From positions 40,672,001-40,736,000 of the forward strand of contig OX597815.1 in assembly GCA_951406725.2 (NCBI GenBank): a DNA stretch of 64,000 nt, in the 5' to 3' direction. The translations under genes and the position numbers were made by a program. The notes beneath the pieces are model-generated. The model searched no databases. It worked only from the letters and a program-made list of their open reading frames with translations, and was not told the origin of the DNA. The DNA is from Octopus vulgaris (taxonomy: Eukaryota). Numbering within the stretch: the stretch's first letter is position 1; each line of letters opens with the position of its first letter. This document shows positions 13,577-27,452 of this stretch, piece by piece.

Positions 13577-13620
13577 GGAATGATAACCCAGGTTCAAAAT
13601 TACCCCAGGACATTTGAGGA
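13133..13620. mobile_element. Divergent inverted pair of tRNA-headed SINE-like elements with hammerhead-like 3' part
   Basis: Plus copy 13474-13620 has A-box TGGCGTAGTGG and B-box GAGTTCAATTCC. Minus copy 13133-13371 is homologous and contains cac-CTGATGA-aggctg...cagcc. Confidence 0.7.
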
Positions 13621-13624
13621 ATAG

Positions 13625-14415
13625 GATGGGCAAAGTTCAGCGTGCTACTACATTTGTTAGTAATGAAGGCCCTCTCTCTCAGAGTGAAAGGCAGATTGTA
13701 TGATGTCTGTGTTTGAACAGCTATGCTACATGGCAGTGAGACTTGGGCTGCAACTACTGAGGATATGCAAAGGCTTGAAAGAAACGAAGCCAGTATGCTC
13801 CAATGAATGGGTAATGCCAGTGTGCGTATACGACAGAGTGTAAGTGATGAGAGAAAACTGGGTGTACAAAGCATCAGATGTAGCATGCAAGAGAGAAGAC
13901 TGTGCTGGCATGGCCATGTAATGCGTATGAATGAAGACAGCTACATCAAGAAGTACTGACCTCAAACTGTAGAGGGAACGTGGGGAAGGGGTAGATCCAG
14001 GAAGATGTTGGATGAAATGGTGAGAAAGGATCTACAGACATTGGGACTCACAGAGGGGAAGATAGGGGATTGAGGCTCCTGGTGTTTTGTTGTGCTTGAG
14101 AAGACACATCAAGCTAAGTAAAAGCATGGTTATCCTTGCATACAGATTGTTTCTTGCATCCCTTTCCAGTTGAGCATTCCTAACCTTGCAGGCTCATGGG
14201 TGCTGGTGCTGTGTAAGAAGCACCCATACTATTGCCACATAAATGCACTGATATCAGTGCTGCATAAAAGCATCCAGCACATTCTGTAAAGTGATTGGAG
14301 TTAGGAAGAGCATCCGGCCGTAGAAACCATGCCAAGACAGACATGGAGCCTGGGCAGCTACTATCAAACCATCCAACTCATGCTAATATGGAAAACAAAT
14401 GTTAAATAAAGATGG
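13625..14415 (+). mobile_element. RTE LINE 3' fragment
   Basis: KGRLYDVCV..AMLHGSETW and RRLCWHGHVMRM motifs, degraded. Confidence 0.75.
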
Positions 14416-16591
14416 ATGATTATATATATAAGATATTACAAGAAGCATAAGTTTATATCATATGCTTCATCACTGTAGTTGTTAAGAACTCTGCATTGGA
14501 TGTTCCAAGTGAAATTGGATGCTTAACTGCGACAGAACTAATGTCAGACATTACTTCTCTGTAACATAATCTAATAAAGCTTTCCTTGATGATCTCTTGT
14601 GGTTAAGCATTCAGTTACCTTTGAATATCCAATGCAAAATTCTAAACAACCACAATGATGAAACATTTATAGGAACAAATAAAATAAACTTGTTTTTCAT
14701 AATTTCTTGTACATTTGCTCTGTATATCATAACTAGTAATACTACTAAGTATAGTAGTTGTTTAACCACTACACTGGAAGCAAACTAGATGATGGTAATC
14801 CATGTAGAGCTCTGAACTGAACAGTAGCAGTCATAAATCTGTTAGTACACACAAGATACACACACACACACTATCATCATCATCATTGTCGTTTAACATC
14901 CGCTTTCCATGCTGGCATGGCTTGGACGGTTTTACTGAGGGCTGGCAAGCCAGAAGGCTGGACAAGGCTCCAATCTGATCTGGCAGTTTCTCCAGCTGAG
15001 TGCCCTTCCTAACAGCAACCACTTTGAGAGTGTAGTAGGGTATATATATGTAATTATATATATATAATGATGATGATGATCATCATCATAGGTATCAGCT
15101 TGTTAGCTGACTATGACCATCACTGACAAGTTATGTTTCTGGGGTATTTTTTGATGGTTATAGGACCTACAATGGCTTTTAAAGCCTGCGAATGACTTGG
15201 ATTTTTGTAGCAGATGCAGTATTCATTTTTAATAGAGTTGTTCTGTACAGCACTTTGTGTAATTTCATGTCTTGTGAGTCCAGGTCAGTTGTAAAATTCC
15301 CTACTACATTGGTCAAATAAAGGATTAGCTGCTAGAAATTGGTTGTATTCAACCTGAGGCCTTTAAGCATGTTTACATTGGTAACTTATGATGCCAAATC
15401 TGGTGAAGAAAACTTGTTTGCATACATCACAGTATATGTATATATCATCATCTTCATCATATTAACGTCCACTTTTCCATGCTTGCATGCCTCCGATGGT
15501 GTTTATTAAAGCACGTTTCCTATGGTAAGATACCCTTCCTGTTGTTAATCTTTAATTGTTTCCAGGCTAGACATATTTAACTGTTTCTCTATGGCTAGAC
15601 ATATTTTCACAGAATATTGGAAATGAATGACATTCATTTACAATCATGTGATTTCAAGACAAGGAGACACATACACATGCATATATGATGTGCTTCTTTC
15701 TACCAGATCCACTCACAAGGCTTTGATTGACCTAGGGCTATATTAGAAGACACTGGCCTGAAGTAGAGTGCAGTGAGACTGAACCCGAGACCATAAATGC
15801 CTGATAAAATGAAGGGCAATTTAGCATATAGAATAATGTAATACATTGAGTGCAAATAAATTGCTATGCTATTGAAACATTTGTAGAGTAAAATGAATTG
15901 TTGAATGTCTATTCATCTTCATTTATTATATGTGCTTGTGTGTGTGTTTGTTTTGCAGAATGGCTGAATGGTTTAAAAAGTGTGTTTCTTAAAATTCACC
16001 CAAGATGCATGTGTGTGACATCTTGGATAAATGTCATTTTCTATAACCTCAGGTCAATCCATACCTAGTAAGTGAAACTGGGGAAAACAGAAATTGTATA
16101 GAAGCCTGTTGGATGGATTATATCTATAATTCAAACGTACAGCCTTGTCAGTCACTGTGTCATGCTGATTCTGTCTGACAATTATGTTATGGGTACATGT
16201 TTACATAGAATACTTAGCTATTTATATGCTAATTGAATGAGCTGGAATTTCAGTTGATCAAACAACTGAATAGTATTGTCAAATCAAACAAATGGACAAT
16301 GGACATCAGTTAGAACAGTAATAACTGAGTGAAAAATGAATATATAGTGTGTTTATTTGGCAAAAGAAAAGCAACAACAAAGAGTTATCCATATTGGTTT
16401 TCAGTTATAAACAGATGCTGATGCTTTTTCCTATATATATATAAATGGATGAATGAATTATTCTTTGTTTACTGTTAACATGGAAAATTCAATAAACAGT
16501 TACCAGGGTAACAAAATTCATGCAAGTAACACGGATGAAGCGACCTATTCAAAGGTAGAAACTCCAGGTTAATGTGCAGTAATTTATGTAG

Positions 16592-16895
16592 TATAAGTAA
16601 ATAAATGGAGTTGAATGCAAATGTTATTAAAATTCTTTTACTTTCGATATATGTTTCGAAGACAACATTGGTTTTATTCCAAAGGAATAAACGGTGTAAA
16701 ATGCAATCTTCTCATCAGGAAAGAAAGAGAGCCTATCTCAACAACAAGACATTATAACAAGGCTCTCTTTCTTTCCTGAGAAGATTGCATTTTACACCGT
16801 TTATTCCTTTGGAATAAAACCAATGTTGTCTTCGAAACATACGTTGAAAGTAAAAGAATTTTAATAACGTGTTCAACTCCATTTATTTACTTATA
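16592..16895. repeat. Fold-back inverted repeat (~140-bp arms, 25-nt loop) carrying hammerhead motifs
   Basis: Arms 16592-16734 and 16760-16895 are near-perfect reverse complements; the right end runs into (TA)n. Confidence 0.93.
16641..16723 (-). ncRNA. Minimal type-I hammerhead ribozyme motif
   Basis: Minus strand reads ctttc CTGATGA gaaga...tcttc GAAA C ATAT A TC gaaag; stems I and II pair perfectly. Confidence 0.75.
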
Positions 16896-19800
16896 TATAT
16901 ATGTGCATAGCTCAATGGTTTGACGTCAGCCTCACAATCAGGAGGTTGGGAGTTTGATTTCCTGACTGGGCTGTGTGTTGTGTTCTTGAGCAAGACACTT
17001 CATTTCATGTTGCTCCAGTGCACTCAACTGTAGAAATGAGTTGCAATATCACTGGTGTCAAGCTGAATTGGCCTTTTCCTTTCCCTAAAATAACATTGGT
17101 GTTGTGGAGAGGGGAGGCTGGTGTGCATGAGTAACTTCTGGTCTTCCATAAATAAGCTTGCCCAAACTTGTGCCTTGGAGGGGAACTTCTTTGGTGCAAT
17201 CCCATGGTAATTTATATATATATATATCATCATCATCATCATCATCATCGTTTAACGTCCACTTTCCATGCTAGCATGGGTTGAACGATTTGACTGAGGT
17301 CTGGCGAACCAGATGGCTGCACCAGACTCCAATCTGATCTGGCAGAGTTTCTACAGCTTGATGCCCTTCCTAACACCAACCACTCCGAGAGTGTAGTGGG
17401 TGCTTTTACGTGCCACCGGCACGAGGGCCAGTCAGGTGGTACTGGCAATGGCCATGCTCAAATGGTGCTTTTTATGTACCACCTGCACTGTTTACCAAAT
17501 TACATCACTGATGGTACCTATTTACAGGTAAGTGAACTGGATCATTTGAATGTCTTGGTCAAAGATTCAGTACAGCATCAGTAATGACAGGATATGAATC
17601 AAAATTGATGTAATTAGAAGTCTGATACTCTCTGGAAGACACATAAAAAACAAAATTAAAGTTTAATTCATTAGTTATCCAATAATTTCAAGAATGTAGA
17701 TTATTGAGGTTTGTTTCTGTCTCTTCTGTTAATCCTGATATATGGTTTGGTGTTATTCAAGGTTGAGATCCTATAGATATTCATATTCCTTATGAGAGAA
17801 ATGGATAAATACCTGATGAAATGTATTGCAGCAAGTAATGTTGGAAATAATTCCCACAGCCTTTGACTCACAACTAATATGTTGTCTGGTCTTTGTGTTT
17901 CTCATAAAAATATATAAATTCAAAAGAAGCATTATGACTGACGTTAAGATACTAGTATATTAGTCATGTTGTCAAGGCTGCAAGCATTACTAAAGATATT
18001 GTGTTTTGTCCCTCAGCATATCACGTCTCAGCTTGTCTGGTTTATAGCAGGTTTTTCTTCTATCTCATTGTTGTGTGACTGTCAACAAGGCATTGCAACC
18101 ACAGACAAATGCACATAGTATTATATCATCATCATCATCATCATTGTTTAATGTCTGCTTTCCATCCTAGCATGGGTTGGATGATTTGACTGAGGACTGG
18201 CGAACCAGATGGCTGCACCAGGCTCCAATCTGATCTGGCAGAGTTTCTACAGCTGGATGCCTTTCTTAACGCCAACCACTCCGAGAGTGTAGTGGGTGCT
18301 TTTATGTGCCACCGGCACATGGGCCAGTCAGCCGGTACTGGCAATGGTCATGCTCAAATGGTGTTTTTTACGTGCCACCTGCACAGGAGCCAGTCCAGCA
18401 GCAGTGGCAACTACCTCGCTCGAATGTTTTTTCAAGTGCCAGTAAAGAGATCCTGGTAACAATCACGTTCGAATGGTGCTTTTTACGTGCCACCGGCACA
18501 GAAGCCAGTTAGCTGCTCTGGCAACGATCATGCTTGGATGGTGCTCTTAGCGTTGTAGAATAATATGTCTAATTACAGATAACACAACAGCTAAATTTCT
18601 CTTCCTTCTAGTAATTCCAACTATTTTGTGTACCTGTGAATCCTAGAGGACAAATCTTAATCTTTAGGTCAACAAACCTGATAAAGAAAGAATAGTCATA
18701 ATTTGAAATCGAATTTAAATCATATATTTCAATTGAACTGATAATACCAAGGATATTTAATTTTATTTATCATTCCTATATTATATTCTGTTCAGTTAGT
18801 TTGTTAACTCCAGTAAACTCTAACTATCCACCAATGTGTAGTCATCATTATCCTCATCATCACCACTATCAAGATGATGAGCTGGCAGAATTTCTAACAT
18901 GTTGGACAAAATGCTTTGCATCATTTCTTTTGGCACTTTATGTTCTGTGTTCAAATCCCACTGAGGCTGACTTTGCCTTTCATCATTTCAGGATCAATAA
19001 AATAACTACCATTTGAACACTGAGGATCAATATAATCGACTTACTCCCTTAAAATTACTGGCCTTGAGCCAAAATTTGAAACCATTGTGATTGTCACTAC
19101 AAGTACTTTGTATGTATTAGCCATAATGTTGTTAGTTGAAAGGTCTTCAGTATATCACTATTTGTCTTAATTCTGTGGCAGCATGTCTATGAGTCCCAAT
19201 TGTTTTTTATTCTAATATTGCTATATTTTCTCAGGTCTCCTCCCCTAATCTACCTTTGCCATGGGTAACTTCCACCATTAAACTGTGGTACTTTTCCAAC
19301 CAACCTTTGATACCCAAGCCCAAATGGTATTCTTAGTCACAATCACATTCCAAGTGATTCAAATTCAATGAAAAGTTGTCTACATTGAATATTCTGAATA
19401 AAACAATAATCATCAGGTGTTGATGTTGTTAACTCTAGGTCAACTCTGATTGAGCAGATCTATGATCATAGCATTCTGGCCATGACCTTTCCATCTATTT
19501 TGTATATCAGTGACACTGTATAATATAATCTTAAGACAGTAGGATATGAGGAAGATTTGGCTGTTATTTCTAGCAAGTTCTTAGTGACTCACTTATTTAA
19601 CAGACTTCAAGTGTTGTTAGAAATGCTGTTATTTTAATAGTTTGGCAAGTGTTAATCACTACTTAAGCTAATGATTAATTACCATCATTATCATTATCCT
19701 TATTGACTGTTTTGTTTCTATTTTATGCTGAGTTTGCTAAAACTACAATAAAACTTTTCTCTGTGAATTATAGTCTAGTGTCACTTCATCTCTAGGTTTC

Positions 19801-20635
19801 ACTATTTTCAGTTGTAAAGTCAGATTACAGCACCAGACAAAATGGTTTGCAACATTTCTTCTGGCTCTTTACATTCTGAATTTAAATGGCTAATCTTACT
19901 TTTCACATTTTTTAAAGTTTGATAAAAGAAGGCCCAGTTGAACATTTGGATCAATGTAACTGACTTCCTCGCTTTACTCAATATTGCTGGCCTTGTGCCA
20001 AAATTAGAAAAGTGTAATCCTACTTTTCCAATAGATTTCTTTCATTGCTCTATACACCACACAACTAAATGTTAATATTAACCAAATGTTAATATCCATA
20101 TTGAAATAATCAATTTAGTGTGAACAATCAATAAAGGCTGGTGATTCTCTTCATAGATTTGTTATTCATTTGATTTTAAGGCTGAGAGTAAAAACCTAGT
20201 ACTCTAATTGTGCTCCTCCACTGTGTCCACATCAACTAAAAGCTAAAACCCAATGCAGGAGTTTCAATGCAATCACTTAATATGCTATAATTAGTAGCCC
20301 AATCTTGTACAAAATACTCTCTATCATTTCAAAAACGAAGTGACATATTGTGTATTGGTAATCCTATATATGAAATATCTGGAAGTGAGAATGGTCATGG
20401 ATGAAATATATTTGACCATAAATCTCTTCAGAAACAATAGTAACTAAAATTCAGCAGTTCTATTGCAATTATAAAATCTTGTGAAATTACTCAACAAAAA
20501 ATATTTTCCAGAATTTTCACCTCTTATGCATACCTCAGATAAACATTGTATCAACATATGACTTTGGAGAACTGGGACAAGATGTGCTTCAAGAGGATAT
20601 AGCTTTGATCTTAACCCTATCTACATACATATAAT

Positions 20636-20814
20636 GATCAAAACAGTTTGATTCAAATTCATGGTACTTAAGTTTCAAAGCATAAAATGCTTATTATCCA
20701 CAGCCATTGGAAATTTGAATAAGAAATCTTATACAAATTCCTGATGGCTGAGGATAAGCATCTTATACTTCAAAACTTTAAGTATCCTAGAATTTGAATC
20801 AAACTGTTTTGATC
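20636..20814. repeat. Fold-back inverted repeat with two degenerate hammerhead motifs
   Basis: gatcaaaacagtttgattcaaattc ... gaatttgaatcaaactgttttgatc, centre ataaga-AA-tcttat. Minus arm: atgg CTGTGGA..aagcat ttt atgctt t GAAA C TTAA G TA ccat. Confidence 0.8.
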
Positions 20815-23800
20815 CATACATGTAATTACCAATAAATGTGATAAGTGCTCTTCTTTCATTTGTCCACTCACTCGTGTGTGTGTGTTGTTTGTAGAAAACA
20901 TAAATCTGAAAGAAGACTCACTCTCTAAGATGTAAAGCAGTACGTATTAAAAATGGGAAGGGCGGTTTCCCATCGTTTATGCACTGGAAACCTAAGCTAA
21001 TCCCATAAACCAGCCTTCCCCATTTTTAATATATATATTATGTGTGTGTGTGTGTGTATTAATATATAGCAGAAATAACAGAGTAAGTCAAGGTCTGAGA
21101 ATTTCATGCGTTGGCACTTATCCTGTTTGCACCAACATACCTGTATACACACAGACGCACATTGTATGTCATTCTTTGCTAACTGTTAGACATTGATAGA
21201 TAATAACACACTATTGGAATGGTGTTATATCGATTTCTTTCAGGACCGGGATAAAAGGACATAGCGTCAGAAGAGAAATGAATTTGCAGCAATCTCGAAT
21301 AGAGATTGGGTTGCGATCTGGACTCGTCATGGGCGTTTCTAGTGTTCCATGGTGTTCACCAGACGCTGATGGATATCAGTAGAGTACGCTTGATCCTCTG
21401 CAGATTTCTGTGAATAAGATGATGTCTTTGCGTAGTAAGTGGTTGAAGGACTTATCAATCTTCTTCAGTAAGGATGATAATTCTATTGCCATAAATATGT
21501 CGTTAGTCGGAAAGGAAGGCTAAGAGGCTGGAAATTAATAATTAAACTTCAAGTTAAATAAATGACCTGCGGTTTCTCTTGTATTATTTTGTAATTCATC
21601 AAATAGAAATAAACTTCCTATAATACTTAGTATATACAGTCGTCTACAAATTGCAATTTATGAAGGATTTCTATAAGTGATAATGATTTCGAAAATAGAA
21701 AATTATTTTCAAGAGCTATTTTAATCGGGGTTTCTCGGTAATTCTATCATAGTCGTATGATTGATAAATCGCGTTAAGAGTTACTACGCAACAAGATTTA
21801 AACAGAAAACCGGGAAATGTACCAAAGAACTTAACCGAAAAGTTGATCGTGTATTTAAAAGGGATGGGAAACTCTACAAGACAATGGAGAAAAAAGAACA
21901 AAATATCTGCTTTGAATTACCAAAAGCCAAACGATCGAAGAGATTTGGCATTATGTAATGGCCAGCGCCTAAAGAAAATTTATCGAAATTGTTGAAAGAT
22001 CAACGTGAAAATTGGTGAGCTCTGTCGACACTAACGATCAAGTTCCAGGTATTATCTACTTCCAAACGAATGAATATGAATAATTTTAAAGGAGGGATAT
22101 CGTGTACCAATTTATGAGGAAAAATAATCGCTCTACCATAAATGGTAGGCTGTCAGCTCAACTATTTTTGATGTTTGGGAAAGAAAGTTTCTCAGTTTAC
22201 ACGACTTTAGAATTGTGAAAACAACAAAGCACGTACAGACGACATGCGTGTTGTAATTATGGAAATAATTATTATCGGTAATTCTCGAAGAAACAATAGG
22301 ACAAACTGCAAGAAACAATTAAAGAACTTATTCAATGATTGTTTTCCTTTTTGTTGAAAAAACCAGATTTGTTCAACAGCGGTCGCGAGTATAGTCGGAA
22401 GGTTGCTTGTAAGAGAGATCAAGGAATATATTTGCATATGCAGTTGGCAAATGGTAGTTAGCATGTAAGATAAAAAAAAAAATGAATAAACATTTTAAGT
22501 GATGGAATAATTAAATCACGTATTTAAAATAAGTTGCAAGTTTCCTCAATTTATCAGTTTACAAATATATAGTTATATGCTTAAGTCATGTATATTGCAC
22601 AGTTAATACAAAATAGTTTATTTTTTCTTTGTTTAAAAATATATGTTTTACAGCAGAACCTCGTAAATGGATACAATTATCGGTATATTTATTATTCAAT
22701 GTATAGTTAATGATAGGCCCTATGTCAAAATTATATCGTCACTGAAAACCAATCAGAAAAATTAATACACAAATGTCTAAAAGATGTTATTTAGAGTGAT
22801 CTAATCCTAAAGTGTTAAAGGCCACATTGAGCGAAAGATGGAATAATCAGAATTGAGAACAGAAAAGAACACGGTAACACGCACAAAAATGTATGAACAA
22901 ACACACACACAAATACTTGTCTTTGTGTGTATGTGTATATATATATATACATACATACACATACATGCATATATATAATATGCATGTATGTATACATTTC
23001 TGTGTGAGTAGTAATAGCTTGGCGGTATTGAAATAATGCTTGAAAGATTAAGTGAGCTAAAGCGAAAGTGAACACAATTCGAAATAGATATTGTGTATGT
23101 GTGCGCGCGTGTGAGACACACAGCGCATCCACTAAACCAGACATTTACATCCATTTATTATATTATTGTGGACATTTCTTTCATACTGTTTCATGTGTCA
23201 TTTCCATGCAGATATTCACATACATGTATAGATACTCACATTCACATAGATACACAAATACATGCATGTATAGATATACACAATGCCTGTGTTTGCATAT
23301 ATGTTTGTGTGAGTGTATGTACACACATAAACAGCGATTAAACATTTTAAAGCTTCTGTTTAGCTCTACGGATCTGATCATACTGTATTGTATAACTGTC
23401 ACTATCAGTTACTAATAAAGCATTCAGCTACTGATGTGAATTTACACGTTTTTAAATGAAGTGATATTGATATTGACTCTGGTGATTAATAAAGAAACCG
23501 TTATTCCTATACAAAAATTTCCTTATTAGTTATCGATGTTTTGATTCTGTGTTCAAATTCCACCGTTGCCGACTTTATCCCCTATCTTTCCGGGTCGATA
23601 AAAACAGTTATATTATGAGAATGATGTTATGAAGCGGATTTAATTGATATATACTTTTCTGCTAGGGAAATTGGCCTTGTCTCTTGCTAAAAGAAATCTT
23701 TTTTTTTATTCGTAATAAGAATAAAGAATAATAAGAATAAAACTTATGTACTGCTAAATTTATTGTAAAGTCTATCCAGTATATTCTTATTTTTATCTTA

Positions 23801-24499
23801 AGCCAAATTTTCAAATAATAAACTTCGATAGTTAACAATACAAAAGCAAACAGTTCTTACATAATTGTAAGTATTGTTGGTGAACATCAGTTATAGTTAA
23901 CTATGTTCGTTTGACTTATATTTTCATTTCAGTTTAAATGACTCGTAAATTATGAATAAACTGTATAAAATCATAAGTTACAATAATCAAACAGGAAATA
24001 ATATATAAAACACAATACAGCACACGCACACAGATATATACATATATAATTTCTAAACGTTATATATATATATAATATATATATATATAAATATATATAT
24101 ATAATAATGGGGGAGGCCGGATCATACTATTTCTAAGCGCGTAATATGTAATTTTACAGTATTTTAGGTGGAATTCAGTCCTTCAAATATAAAAAAAATT
24201 ATTTGAAATAAAAAAATTTTTTAATTCAGCTTAGGCTATTAAAATGTGTGTGTGAATGCACAAGTGTATGTTGCAGCGCGTTTTCCTATTAAGTACCTAA
24301 CTACACCTTTTTCACATTCGTTCACTATAGTTGTTTAAATATATAAATTGCTAAGTGACGTTCACTATAATCTACTCCGACTTTTTTTTGGGAAAATATT
24401 TTTTACAAAAGTAGTTTTTGAATAACTACTGCTTCTCCATCATAAATGAATTATTGTTGAATAAAAATTTATTTAAACTGGAATGTATAATCTAAAACT

Positions 24500-26230
24500 T
24501 AAATATCTTTATTTAAAATCTGGCGATCCTAGTTGATTTCCAGGAACAATACATTGTAAATGTAAGTATAAAGCGTCAGGATGAAAATGGCGGGAAATTG
24601 AGTTGTCAATAACAATATAGAATTTGAGATCAGCGGTTTTTATTTTTTTTTTGTGGTGAATAAATTTGTAAATATTTCGCAATGTAAAAGAATATTTGTT
24701 ACGTTCAACAGTAATAAATATAGACTGCAAAGAAATTATTAAAAATGCCGAAAAGGGACGGTGTGTGTGTAAGTGCCGATGGACAAGAGACCGGTTTAAG
24801 CCTCTATATATCTGAATACATATACATATATCGGGAACATCAGACAAAAGAATTTTCAGGAAATAAAAAAAAAATAGGTAGTTTGTAATTAAGGTCGTAA
24901 ATAAAGACATGTTTAGTGTATCTTAATTAAAATTTTGTAACTAGAAAGGAGATTAAATTTGAATAGATAGAGAAAAGAAAAGCAAAATTTTATTTCATTG
25001 TGTGTAGTAATTCATTTTCGTTTCGTAAAAATTTTATATTTAGAGTGTAGTGAAAGACTAAACCAAGCGATAATTTTTAGAATTCTCAAATTGCTTATTT
25101 TTTTTTTAAATTATGAAATATTTTTAATAAAACGAGCGAGAAAAAGTTATTTTTAAACATAATATCAATAAAATATGCAGTAATTTTAAATAAATCTAAA
25201 AAAAAAATTTCAAACTAAGGTAAGTTTTGTTGTTGCGATTAGTTTTGCCTTGGCGCGCAACGGTTGGCTTGACTAAGCTACGCAAGCGCAGATCTTTCTC
25301 AGCAGTACTCGTGTGATCATGGCGACTCCGGCCAAAGTAAGCAAAGCGGAGGGGAAAAATAATCATGAAAATGCAGATGAGCAAGCTGGTAAGTTAAAAC
25401 ATGTTCTAGTTGTAAAAATAATAACTATAATGGTAATATGTGTGTAACTTTTTTCAAATATTTCCAGAATTTTACGTGATTATTTAACGTCAAGCTTGGC
25501 AACTCTTAGTCACATTGTTAAAGAAGCACATGTAGCTTTCATAAGCCATTGTTCCTTGTAGAAAAATTTGAAGAGATGCTTCAGATCTTATTTGACTTTC
25601 ATATGTTTTGCTGTCATGACTTTTGTTATTTTCCTGAAATTTTTTGTATTCAGTTTATTTAGTCTTAGCTGAATTAGTGGAAGTAGATAAGTTATATTGA
25701 TAGTTTATTGTTTACTGCATGTAAGAAGAAGGGTGATGGCAGAAAAGCAGTGAAAACGAGGCCCTCGCTGACCTCCTTTGATTAATATTCTGTTAGATGT
25801 AATTTTGAATATTTTTAATGATAAATAATGTTTTCAATGTTACAATTATGTTTTAATCGAACATTAAGTTTAAATTACCACTATTTAAAACGGCTTTCCG
25901 ACCAACACTGCTCTGTCTATAGTGAAGCTAAGATAATCGCCATTTGCAATCTATGTTCCATGCCTCATAACTTAATTCATTCGCTTTTATTTGTTTAAAT
26001 TCCTAAATAAATTAGCAAAGAAAAACGGCGGTAGTCCTACGTTTCGTGATATTTGTGAAATAATTATAGTTTAATGTTCGATCAGTCTTCGTTATTAGTA
26101 ATAATTCTGTTTAGGAAGATGAGGGGGGGAAGTCTAGAAAAAAGAATTTTTTCTTCCGTTCCCGGCGAAACGTGGTTAAGACTGCATGACCGGAAGTCTT
26201 GGTACTGTGGTAGAGCATGTGCTTCAATTT
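24500..26230 (+). promoter_or_regulatory. Probable SET promoter / CpG-retaining region
   Basis: TE-poor and CpG-retaining relative to the rest of the window. YY1-like AAAATGGCG near 24584 and ETS-like CCGGAAGT near 26190 flank exon 1. Confidence 0.45.
25319..25388 (+). CDS. SET: SET / TAF-I beta histone chaperone, exon 1
   Basis: ATG at 25319. MATPAKVSKAEGKNNHENADEQA resembles the vertebrate SET-beta N-terminus (MSAPAAKVSKKELNSNHDGADETS). Donor g|gtaagt. Confidence 0.88.
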
Positions 26231-26706
26231 GAATTCATTACCTTAACAGATGCTGTTTCATGTCTTCTATGCTTTTGTATTTGTCTATTTTTAAACTAAT
26301 TTTAGATTTGTTTTATCCCCATTTATACGAAAATTGCAATTAGGTTTCAATGTAATTTTTGCTGTAATAAAAATTAAAATGTACATACACTGATAAATTA
26401 TAAAGAAATTGATTTACAAAAGTATTAAAATTTGTTTGGAAATTATACTCAAAGCAATTTCAAGATCTATTTTGATTTTCGAACGAGATTTTTTAGATGC
26501 AAGATGAACATATAAAAACTTCGTACTTTGTGTATGTATGTGTGTATATATATATATAATATATATATACATACATATATGTATTTATACTCAGTGTTGC
26601 TAGTTGAAACTTTTTATAGCATATAGGAATTAAAAGGAGTTACATGATGAAAATAAATACAAAATCTTCAAAATATTTTTCATAAATTTCACGTTTGGTA
26701 TCTTGA

Positions 26707-27329
<623 letters not shown>

Positions 27330-27452
27330 TTTGTAAACCATCCGCAAGTCTCTGCTCTGTTAAACGAAGAGGATGAAGAAGCCTTACAATACCTCACAAA
27401 GGTGGAGGTTCAAGAATTTGAAGATATTAAGTCAGGCTACCGAATAAATTTT
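27330..27452 (+). CDS. SET: SET exon 3
   Basis: [41 protein letters not shown]; donor gtaagt; in frame. Confidence 0.95.

Noticed and set aside
17811-17850. Additional CTGATGA hits (also ~33520 and ~51630 on the minus strand, ~12912)
   Set aside because: No convincing stem II plus GAAA-C-NNNN-GUH plus stem I; compatible with chance in AT-rich DNA.
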